NCBI GenBank assembly: GCA_049414405.1
Contig: JBMSAQ010000008.1
Span: 25,505-57,504 of the forward strand
Direction of reading: 5' to 3'
DNA length: 32,000 nt
DNA from: Candidatus Nanopusillus sp.
Lineage (GTDB): Archaea > Nanobdellota > Nanobdellia > Nanobdellales > Nanobdellaceae
Positions 23,382-31,359 of the stretch are shown piece by piece; the stretch's first letter is position 1, and each line of letters begins with the position of its first letter. Position numbers and translations under genes: made by a program. Under the pieces are notes generated by a model that worked only from the letters and a program-made list of their open reading frames with translations, was not told the DNA's origin and did not search any database.

Positions 23382-24925
23382 ATTTTCTTCAATAAGGAGT
23401 CTTTATCTGTATAATATAGCTTTATATATTCAGCAATTTTCTTATTTTCTCTCATATTCTTTTTTACTAAATAATCTATTACTTGTTTTTTCTCTTCTAT
23501 CGAATCTTTAAAACTTATATTTGATCCAACTCTATATTTTAATGTCTCTTCAGTATACTTCCCCAAATCTCTTTTTTCAAATGTATCATCTTCAAAATTC
23601 CATTTTATAACCGTTTCATTTTCAACCTTTCTATTCAAATATTTTCCTACTTCAACAATCTCTCTTATTCTCCTAGCGGAGGGGGAAATGTTTCTTGCCC
23701 TCATTGTAAATATTACTACATCTAATAATGCAACATGGTCTGGAGTTAAATTAATTGGTGGTGTTGTTAATCTTCTTATTAATGTTCTCCAGCTATCAGT
23801 ATGTACGGTTGATAGTGCAGAATGACCAGAAGCCATTCCTTGGAACATTACATATGTCTCTTCCCCCCTTACTTCTCCAACAATTACATAATCTGGATTT
23901 TGTCTAAAAGATTCTGATAATAGTTTATACATATCAATTTCTCCATAGTATTTATCTCCAACAAAGAAACCTTTTCTTGTTGTCGCGGGAATCCAGTTTT
24001 CATGATACAATTGTAATTCTCTTGTATCTTCAATGGATATCACCTTTGCTTCTGGTGGTATGAATTGTACAATTGAATTTAATAATGTTGTTTTTCCAGA
24101 AGATGTTGAACCAGCAATTAATATGTTCGCTCTAAATTCTACTAAGGTCCATAAATATGCGGCAGTTTCAGAATCTAACACATTTAATTTTATTAAATCT
24201 ACTAATGATAGCATTTGCTTTTTGAATTTTCTTATTGTAAATGTTGGACCATGCGTAGTAATTTCTTGCGAATATGTTGCATTTACCCTCGATCCATCAG
24301 GTAATGTTGCATCTAAAATTGGCTCCGCATATGATATATGTTTTCCAGCCTTTTGCGCTAACTTTACTATAAATCTATCCAATTCATCTCTCGATAAAAT
24401 TATGTTTGTCTTTAATATTCCAAATTTATTATGGTGTACGTATATTGGTATATCATATCCATCGCATGAAATATCTTCAATAAATATGTCATAAAATAAT
24501 GGGTGAATTTTTTCATATCCCAACATATCTCTCCATAAATAATAATAATATTTTATGAATAAATCTTTATCTATTTTTATCTTATACTTATTTACAAATT
24601 CTTCTAATTTTTTTATTAATACATATTCTTTATTCTTATTTAGAAATTCTTCAGGATTTTTATACATTTCATCTAAAATATATTGTTTTACCTTTTCTAT
24701 TAATATCATTTCTTCATCTGATATTTCTGGCTCTAATAATTCATATATAAGTTCTTCGGATACATTATCATAATAAATATGTGCATATGCTAGTTTTCCA
24801 ATTAACGGATAAATTATATCAATTTGCGATTTATCGATATCAAATTTTATGTCTGGTATAAAAGATTCTTTTTTTATTTCGTTATTAAAATATTTTAGTA
24901 TATCTTCGGCAATAATTTTTTTCAT
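23378..24925 (-). CDS. Type IV filament/secretion ATPase of the FlaI/ArlI-PilB-VirB11 family
   Basis: Walker A AGSTSSGKTTLLN, Asp box ISIEDTRELQL, Walker B/Glu PDYVIVGEVRGEE, His box GHSALSTVHT. The long N-terminal domain is typical of archaeal FlaI-like ATPases. Confidence 0.85.
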   Translation of the reverse strand: MKKIIAEDILKYFNNEIKKESFIPDIKFDIDKSQIDIIYPLIGKLAYAHIYYDNVSEELIYELLEPEISDEEMILIEKVKQYILDEMYKNPEEFLNKNKEYVLIKKLEEFVNKYKIKIDKDLFIKYYYYLWRDMLGYEKIHPLFYDIFIEDISCDGYDIPIYVHHNKFGILKTNIILSRDELDRFIVKLAQKAGKHISYAEPILDATLPDGSRVNATYSQEITTHGPTFTIRKFKKQMLSLVDLIKLNVLDSETAAYLWTLVEFRANILIAGSTSSGKTTLLNSIVQFIPPEAKVISIEDTRELQLYHENWIPATTRKGFFVGDKYYGEIDMYKLLSESFRQNPDYVIVGEVRGEETYVMFQGMASGHSALSTVHTDSWRTLIRRLTTPPINLTPDHVALLDVVIFTMRARNISPSARRIREIVEVGKYLNRKVENETVIKWNFEDDTFEKRDLGKYTEETLKYRVGSNISFKDSIEEKKQVIDYLVKKNMRENKKIAEYIKLYYTDKDSLLKKI

Positions 24926-24940
24926 ATAATTTTAACATAT

Positions 24941-25180
24941 TTATGAATTTTTAATTATTATAGTACCAACTAAATAGTGATAACCTTGATAATATAACAA
25001 ATTTGATTGGTTATTTAATTTTGCATCTTCTAATATTAAATTATATATTTGGTTTTTTATTAATGAATTTTTATAATTCAAATTATTTAGATAGTTATAA
25101 TAGAATATTAGAGAACTTGATATAAATAATAAAACTAAAAAAATAAACAATACTTGCTCTAACAATAATTGTGTTTTCAT
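24941..25180 (-). CDS. Small pilin-like protein (79 aa) with an N-terminal hydrophobic helix
   Basis: MKTQLLLEQVLFIFLVLLFISSSLIFYY has a short basic N-terminus, a Glu near the start of a ~20-aa hydrophobic helix, and a small N-rich globular part. It lies between the other pilin-like gene (4-nt overlap) and the ATPase (15-nt gap). There is no canonical [KR]-[GA] cleavage motif. Confidence 0.35.
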   Translation of the reverse strand: MKTQLLLEQVLFIFLVLLFISSSLIFYYNYLNNLNYKNSLIKNQIYNLILEDAKLNNQSNLLYYQGYHYLVGTIIIKNS

Positions 25181-25695
25181 TTTATTATTGAATAAATAAA
25201 TGTTTTATTTTTAACTATGTTTAAATTGCAGTTTCCATAGCAAACCCCTGTACAATTATTTGTCAATATTATTAATGATAAATAATTCTCAAAACACCCA
25301 TACAATGTAATATTATTTTTATTTTCTAATAAATAATATCCATTTATCTTTGGATCATACACATAATAATTTCCATACGAATATATTAGATCTCCTTGAT
25401 ATGTTAGATTATTTAATGTTGTTTTACAGAAATTGCTAGATTTAATTAATGTTAAATTATTTAAGCAATATATGTTGTATCCATCTAAATTAAAATTTAT
25501 ATTAAAATATAAACTATCTTGCAAATTACTTAATACATTTTCTATATATTTTGAATCATATTGAAATTTATTTTGATTATAGAAATTTATTGCATATATT
25601 TTATTATTATTCCACCATGTAAAAACAAAATAAAATGTGAATACTGATAATAGGATTATTAAAATATATTCAATGTAAATATGTATTGATTTCAT
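25177..25695 (-). CDS. Pilin-like secreted protein (172 aa) with an N-terminal hydrophobic helix and a Cys/Asn/Tyr-rich glycosylatable domain
   Basis: MKSIHIYIEYILIILLSVFTFYFVFTWW, then a beta-type domain with several N-x-S/T sequons and paired cysteines (NNCTGVCYGNC). It is the first gene of the filament operon. Confidence 0.4.
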   Translation of the reverse strand: MKSIHIYIEYILIILLSVFTFYFVFTWWNNNKIYAINFYNQNKFQYDSKYIENVLSNLQDSLYFNINFNLDGYNIYCLNNLTLIKSSNFCKTTLNNLTYQGDLIYSYGNYYVYDPKINGYYLLENKNNITLYGCFENYLSLIILTNNCTGVCYGNCNLNIVKNKTFIYSIIK

Positions 25696-25710
25696 AAAAA
25701 TATATTAACT

Positions 25711-27039
25711 TTATATATTAAATATTTTTCTCTGATAATCTTCTAAGAAAAATATGTCTTCTCCTAAGGTATATCCATAATCTGATACAATATTATAATA
25801 TGATGCCTTTTTATTTATATCTCCGTGATTTGGTATTATATATTCTGGATTTAGCATTTTTATTAACATTATATGATCTTGGCTTTTTGCATGACCTGAT
25901 ACATGTACATCTTTTATTATTTCTGCTTTTCTTCTTTTTAATCTTTCTTCTAATATTTTTCTATTTGCTTCATTTATTGGATGTGGGATTACATTATTTG
26001 CAAATATTACTGTTGTATTACTTAGAACAAAATTATATTCTCCTCTTGCTATTCTATCTAAAACAGAACCAGGTTCCCCCTGATGTCCGGTAACAATTAA
26101 TAAATACTCTTCTTTATTCTTTTCAACTTTTTCTAAAACTTTTTTATAATCTCTGGCGTCAAAATATACTTCCGCCTCTTGAGAAAAATTATATAAATTA
26201 ATATTTTCTGCTGCATTAATATATTTTCCCAAACTTCTTCCAAGAAATATAGGTTTTCTATTTATCTCTTTTGATAATTCAACTATTAATTTTAATCTTG
26301 CAATATGTGATGAAAATGTTGTTATAATTACTCCCTTTGTATCTATTGAAGTTAATACATCATATAACATATATCTTTCAATAATTTCTGATTGGGATTT
26401 TGAATTTTCATCTGCTCTTGTCGTTTCGGGAATTAATAATAAAACTCCTTCCTTTCCAATTTTCTTTAATTTTTCTTTATCAGGTTTTTTACCAATAACT
26501 GGAAAATTATTAAATTTAAAATCACCAGAAAATATTATATGACCCTTATTTGTTTGAATATCAATCATTAATGATTGTGGAATTGAATGAGTAATATTAA
26601 TAAAATTAATTAAAATATTCTCTGAAATTTTAATTGAAGAATTTGGGGATATTTTCTTTAAATCATTTGGTAAAACAATTCCATATTCTTTTTCTTGTTG
26701 TTTTATTAATTCAATTGTATATGGAGATGCATAAATTGGTGCATTGTATTTTGGTGCAATAAAGTTTACAGCACCTATATGATCTAAATGCCCATGCGTT
26801 AATATTATTGCCTTTACTTTGTCCCTATATTTTTCTAAAATTGAATCATCTGGTATTATATCTAAATCATATAATTCTTTTAATGGTTTATTTATTATAT
26901 CTTCTCTTTCTCCAAATTGAGATATTTTATCTACATTTATTCCAATATCTATTATAATTATTTTATCATCAATTCTTATTGCACTCATATTTTTTCCTAT
27001 ATATGAATATCCACCTATTGGAAAAATTTCAATTTCCAT
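25711..27039 (-). CDS. rnj: Archaeal RNase J (metallo-beta-lactamase / beta-CASP ribonuclease)
   Basis: N-terminal IFPIGGYSYIGKNMSAIRIDDKIIIIDIG (RNase J GG..eIGkN signature), HxHxDH motif ILTHGHLDHIGA, beta-CASP C-terminal HVSGHAKSQDH. At 442 aa it lacks the KH domains of aCPSF1. Confidence 0.75.
   Translation of the reverse strand: MEIEIFPIGGYSYIGKNMSAIRIDDKIIIIDIGINVDKISQFGEREDIINKPLKELYDLDIIPDDSILEKYRDKVKAIILTHGHLDHIGAVNFIAPKYNAPIYASPYTIELIKQQEKEYGIVLPNDLKKISPNSSIKISENILINFINITHSIPQSLMIDIQTNKGHIIFSGDFKFNNFPVIGKKPDKEKLKKIGKEGVLLLIPETTRADENSKSQSEIIERYMLYDVLTSIDTKGVIITTFSSHIARLKLIVELSKEINRKPIFLGRSLGKYINAAENINLYNFSQEAEVYFDARDYKKVLEKVEKNKEEYLLIVTGHQGEPGSVLDRIARGEYNFVLSNTTVIFANNVIPHPINEANRKILEERLKRRKAEIIKDVHVSGHAKSQDHIMLIKMLNPEYIIPNHGDINKKASYYNIVSDYGYTLGEDIFFLEDYQRKIFNI
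25712..25725 (-). promoter_or_regulatory. TATA-like box for the pilin-ATPase-platform operon, overlapping the 3' end of the RNase J gene
   Basis: The minus strand reads atatttaatataaa, centred ~24 nt upstream of the ATG at 25695. Confidence 0.4.
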
Positions 27040-27089
27040 TTTTAATAAGATTAATGTATAAGGTTTATATGTAAATGCATTTTATGATA

Positions 27090-27101
27090 AATTTTATAAG
27101 T
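27090..27101 (+). promoter_or_regulatory. TATA-like box for the 27123 surface-protein gene
   Basis: aattttataagt centred ~27 nt upstream of the ATG at 27123. Confidence 0.45.
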
Positions 27102-27122
27102 GAAAAAACATCATAATAAAAA

Positions 27123-29354
27123 ATGAAATTATTGAGGATATTGATATTTGGATTAATAATTATTTTAATATCTTTTTTGAACAATGTTTATTCTCTAAGT
27201 GGATGGTTATATTATAGACCAATTTTAATAAATAATACGCAGAATTCAAATAACCTGATAGACTATCAAATATTGGTGACTTTAGATACACGAACCCTAA
27301 TATCGCAAGGTAAAATGAGATCTGATTGTGGTGATATAAGATTTACAGATTCTGATTTTACTACATTATTAAATTATTGGATAGAACCAAATACTTGTAA
27401 TACGGCCAATACAAGAATATGGGTAAAAATTTCATTTATACCCAGGAGTTCTACTAAAACAATATATTTATGGTATGGAAATCCAAGTGCAACTAGTATA
27501 AGCAATCCTTATAATACACTTCTTTTATATGAAGATTGGTCATCTGGAAGTTTAGCTGGATGGTCTAAATATGGTTGTGCAGGATATTCTGGAAGTATAG
27601 ATTATAATGATGGTAATCCACCCCCTTCATTGATAATAAGTGGTAATGATTATAATTGTGATGTGTTTTATTATAAAGTAATAAATAAGCCTGTTGGGGT
27701 AGGATTAAGGATAATTGCAGATAATAAAGGATATCATGGGTATTACACTTTTAACCCTCCAAAAAAATATTACGTATGTAATACTTTGGGAAATTGTGAG
27801 GGGGTTGGGGTTGGAGGTCCAAATGATGTTTGGACATATAACGATCAACGTATTTTTAATTCAGCCTTTGTACAAAGTTTATCTACTGTTTGGGTTGGTT
27901 TTGGTTTAGATGATGTTTGGATTGCTGATTGGAACCAATATGCAAAATTCGATAATATAAGAGTAATGCTTTATACCCATCCAGAACCTTCTGTAATTGT
28001 TGGATCTGAACATACGGCAGTTATTATATCTTCAATTCGAATAAATCCATCAAGTTCTCCTTTAATTTGTCGGGGTACTCGAACATCAGCGACAGTAACT
28101 GCTAACTTAAATAATCCAAATAATATTTCTACAATAGTTTCTTTTTCATGTTCAGCACCTTCTGGTATTACATGTTCAGTTTCTCCTTCTTCATGTACTA
28201 CTAGTGGATCTTCTTGTTCAACAACATTGTATGTAAATTCTTCTCTAACAATACCCCCAGGTTCATATTCAGTAACAGTAACAGCTTCAATTTTAGGATC
28301 TTCAGCATCAGCAACATATACATACAATATAGGTCCTAATATTTCAATTTCTAGTCAATCAAGTTCAAACTTTCAAAGTTCTTATAATATTTATATAACT
28401 GGTTGTGCTCAAAATTATACATTATATGTAAATAATTCTCCGTATTGTTATGGTTTATATTCACAATTTCAAAATATAAATGCTTTATGTGTTGTTTCAT
28501 ATCCTGGAAGTTATTCTGTATATGCGCAGGGATGTTATGGTGGAACTTGTGTTAATTCAAATACAATTAATTTAAATATACCTGCATCAGGAATAACAGT
28601 TCCAATTATAGGTATTAATGTCTTAAATATAACAAGTCAAAACATATATGTAACAATTTCAGTAAACGGATCAAATCAAAATATACAATCAATAAATGTA
28701 TATTATAATAACAATAATGTATATTCAAATAGCAATGTAAATACAAATTATTATTCATTTAATTTGCAATTACCATATTCAAATAATGGAAACATAACAG
28801 TATGTTCTACATTAACAAATGGACAATCTGGTTGTGTAACACAAATATTTAGTGTAAATGTAGCTCAAACATATATTTATTATGGAATAATTCAATTGCA
28901 AGCAAAAGTTCAACCAATTAATATAAATACTACATATGGACCAATTGGAAATAGATTTGAATTTAGTATAGACCATCCAGGATATATTTTAACATTAAAT
29001 ATAACAAATGTAGGAAATATGACATTAAATAATATTACAATAAATTTACAACAACTAGGAAATGTACTAGAAATATTATATAACGGAATTCCAATAAGAT
29101 TATTAAATAATATAAATATAGATCAGTTACAACCAAATCAATCATATATATTACAATTTAGCGTTTTACCATTATACATGGGATCTTCTTCATTATTATT
29201 AAACTTTAATGTAAATGGGCAAAATATCGGAAATGCTCAGTATAATTTAATTGTAAAAGGACCTTCAAATAAGTCTTCATTAATTGTATCAGAAAGTATT
29301 AATTATATATTAATATTGTTAGGAATAATTGGATTAATAATATTTTTAATATAG
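27123..29354 (+). CDS. Large secreted surface glycoprotein with an N-terminal DUF2341-like domain, Ig/CARDB-like modules and a C-terminal TM anchor
   Basis: Signal peptide MKLLRILIFGLIIILISFLNNVYS. WLYYRPILINNTQ...LIDYQILVTLD...CGDIRFTD...LLNYWIE...TRIWVKISFIP...KTIYLWYGNPSA matches the DUF2341 pattern as I recall it. A possible concanavalin/LamG-like region follows. About 15 N-x-S/T sequons by my count. C-terminal anchor NYILILLGIIGLIIFLI. Confidence 0.6.
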   Translation: MKLLRILIFGLIIILISFLNNVYSLSGWLYYRPILINNTQNSNNLIDYQILVTLDTRTLISQGKMRSDCGDIRFTDSDFTTLLNYWIEPNTCNTANTRIWVKISFIPRSSTKTIYLWYGNPSATSISNPYNTLLLYEDWSSGSLAGWSKYGCAGYSGSIDYNDGNPPPSLIISGNDYNCDVFYYKVINKPVGVGLRIIADNKGYHGYYTFNPPKKYYVCNTLGNCEGVGVGGPNDVWTYNDQRIFNSAFVQSLSTVWVGFGLDDVWIADWNQYAKFDNIRVMLYTHPEPSVIVGSEHTAVIISSIRINPSSSPLICRGTRTSATVTANLNNPNNISTIVSFSCSAPSGITCSVSPSSCTTSGSSCSTTLYVNSSLTIPPGSYSVTVTASILGSSASATYTYNIGPNISISSQSSSNFQSSYNIYITGCAQNYTLYVNNSPYCYGLYSQFQNINALCVVSYPGSYSVYAQGCYGGTCVNSNTINLNIPASGITVPIIGINVLNITSQNIYVTISVNGSNQNIQSINVYYNNNNVYSNSNVNTNYYSFNLQLPYSNNGNITVCSTLTNGQSGCVTQIFSVNVAQTYIYYGIIQLQAKVQPININTTYGPIGNRFEFSIDHPGYILTLNITNVGNMTLNNITINLQQLGNVLEILYNGIPIRLLNNINIDQLQPNQSYILQFSVLPLYMGSSSLLLNFNVNGQNIGNAQYNLIVKGPSNKSSLIVSESINYILILLGIIGLIIFLI

Positions 29355-29389
29355 AAAAAATATTAAAATTTTTTAGTTATATTTTTTAG

Positions 29390-31300
29390 ATGGACTTAAA
29401 TGAAAAAATAAAATTCTTTATTAGTAAAGGATTCTTTTATGAATCTCAAAGTATATATGGAAGTAGATCTGGATTTTATGATTATGGATCTTTAGGTACA
29501 TTATTAAAGAGAAGATTTGAAAATCTATGGAGAATGTATTTTGGAAAATTATTTGATAATATATATGAAATACAACCTTCAGAAATAATGCATAAAAATA
29601 CATTTATTGCATCAAAGCATTTAGAATTATTTAATGATCCAATTGTTGAATGCAAAAATGGACATAGATTTAGGGCAGATAAATTGATTGAAGAAAAATT
29701 AAATATTAAGGCGGAGAGTTTAACAATTGAAGAAATGAATAAAATATTTAATGAAAAAGTTGTTGTTTGTCCTGAATGTGGATCAAAATTATCAAATGTT
29801 AGATTATTTAATTTAATGTTTCCAATATACGTAGGACCTGCATATAATTTATTCTTAATTTTAGAAGAATTAAAAAGAAGATATAGTTTTTTAATGAAAA
29901 ATTATAAAAAAATAAATGAAAGAGAGGTAAATTATATAATAAAAAACTATTTGAAAAATAAAAAGTTATATTCGATAAATTTAAATAATGAAAAATATAT
30001 TTTTGATGGAAATAAAGAAATAATAATAAAAATTAAAAATGAAGAATATTATGTTTATCCTGAAAATATTGAAATAAAAGAAGAAGAAGAAAATTATTTA
30101 GAAATATTAGGATATGCTGAAGAAATTGAAACTTATTATGATTTAGAAGAGTTATTATATAATTTAATAAAAAGTTATACCGAATTAAAAAACAATGAAA
30201 TGTTTTTAAGACCAGAAACTGCACAAGGTCCATATGTAAACTTCCCAGTCGAAATAATAATTAATAGATATAGGTTACCTTTAGGATTGTATGTAATTGG
30301 AAAAGCATTTAGGAATGAAATATCTCCAAGGAATGCATTATTAAGAATGAGGGAATTTACACAGGCAGAATTACAGATTTTCTTTGATTATTATAATAAT
30401 CCATTTGAAAATGAATTCGAATTTTATAAAGATAAATATATTAATGTTTTATTAGTAAAAGATAGGGATAAGAAATTACCATATATTGAAAAAAGCTTGG
30501 AAGAAATATGTAACGAAACAAATATAGATAAATTTTATTTATATTTTCTATATAAAGTATTTGAATTTTACACAAACATATTAAGAATTCCAAAAGAAAG
30601 AATAAGATTTTATCAATTATCAGATAATGAAAAGTCTTTCTATAATATGTATCATTTTGATATAGAATTATATTTAGATGAAATTGGATGGATAGAAGTT
30701 GGAGGAATTCATTTTAGAGTATTAAGATTTAATAGAGATATAATTGATAAGGTTGATGAAGAAATAAGAAAAGATGTTGAAAATTTATTTATTGGAAATG
30801 AAATATATGTTGGATACGATCTATGGAATCATTTTATATTATCGAAAGATAGGAGATTTATATTAACAAGGCCAAATGGATCAAAATTTATCCCGGTTGA
30901 ATTAGAATTATCCTTTGGAGTTGATAGAAATATATTTTCCCTATTATTAATTAATTATGATGGAAGAATATTAAGATTACCATATTATTTATCTCCAATT
31001 CAAATTGCAGTATTTCCATTATTGGAAAATAATGAAAATATGGCAAAAGTAGCAAAGGAAATATATAACAAATTGAGAAAAAGGTTTGATGTATATTATG
31101 ATGAATCTGGAAGGATTGGTGTAAGATATAAAAGACAGGATGAAATTGGAACATATTATTGTATTACTGTAGATGATCAAACATTAAAAGATAATACAGT
31201 TACAATAAGATTTAGGGATACAAAGGAACAAATAAGGGTAAATATAAATAATTTAGAAAAATTCTTTGAAGAAAGATTTGATATTTGGAAAATTTTATAA
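29390..31300 (+). CDS. glyS: Glycyl-tRNA synthetase, archaeal/eukaryal alpha2 type, with a large lineage-specific insertion
   Basis: FNLMFPIYVGP, FLRPETAQGPYVNF, IGKAFRNEISPRNALLRMREFTQAELQIF (motif 2), ELSFGVDR (motif 3 region), and a C-terminal anticodon-binding domain (QIAVFPL...GRIGVRYKRQDEIGTYYCITVD). Confidence 0.9.
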   Translation: MDLNEKIKFFISKGFFYESQSIYGSRSGFYDYGSLGTLLKRRFENLWRMYFGKLFDNIYEIQPSEIMHKNTFIASKHLELFNDPIVECKNGHRFRADKLIEEKLNIKAESLTIEEMNKIFNEKVVVCPECGSKLSNVRLFNLMFPIYVGPAYNLFLILEELKRRYSFLMKNYKKINEREVNYIIKNYLKNKKLYSINLNNEKYIFDGNKEIIIKIKNEEYYVYPENIEIKEEEENYLEILGYAEEIETYYDLEELLYNLIKSYTELKNNEMFLRPETAQGPYVNFPVEIIINRYRLPLGLYVIGKAFRNEISPRNALLRMREFTQAELQIFFDYYNNPFENEFEFYKDKYINVLLVKDRDKKLPYIEKSLEEICNETNIDKFYLYFLYKVFEFYTNILRIPKERIRFYQLSDNEKSFYNMYHFDIELYLDEIGWIEVGGIHFRVLRFNRDIIDKVDEEIRKDVENLFIGNEIYVGYDLWNHFILSKDRRFILTRPNGSKFIPVELELSFGVDRNIFSLLLINYDGRILRLPYYLSPIQIAVFPLLENNENMAKVAKEIYNKLRKRFDVYYDESGRIGVRYKRQDEIGTYYCITVDDQTLKDNTVTIRFRDTKEQIRVNINNLEKFFEERFDIWKIL

Positions 31301-31359
31301 TATTCTTCATGAAAAGGTAGTATTGAATAAATATAAAGTCCCATGAAATTATAAAGAAT

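Noticed and set aside
22567-24773. Plus-strand ORFs 22567..23034, 24033..24494 and 24555..24773
   Set aside because: They are antisense to the T2SSF platform gene and the FlaI-type ATPase, whose Walker and His-box motifs fix the coding strand.
27971-28327. 118-aa acidic minus-strand ORF, and 27715..27909 (+) inside the DUF2341 protein gene
   Set aside because: They are embedded in a 743-aa ORF with coherent signal, domain and anchor architecture. There is no independent promoter or motif support.
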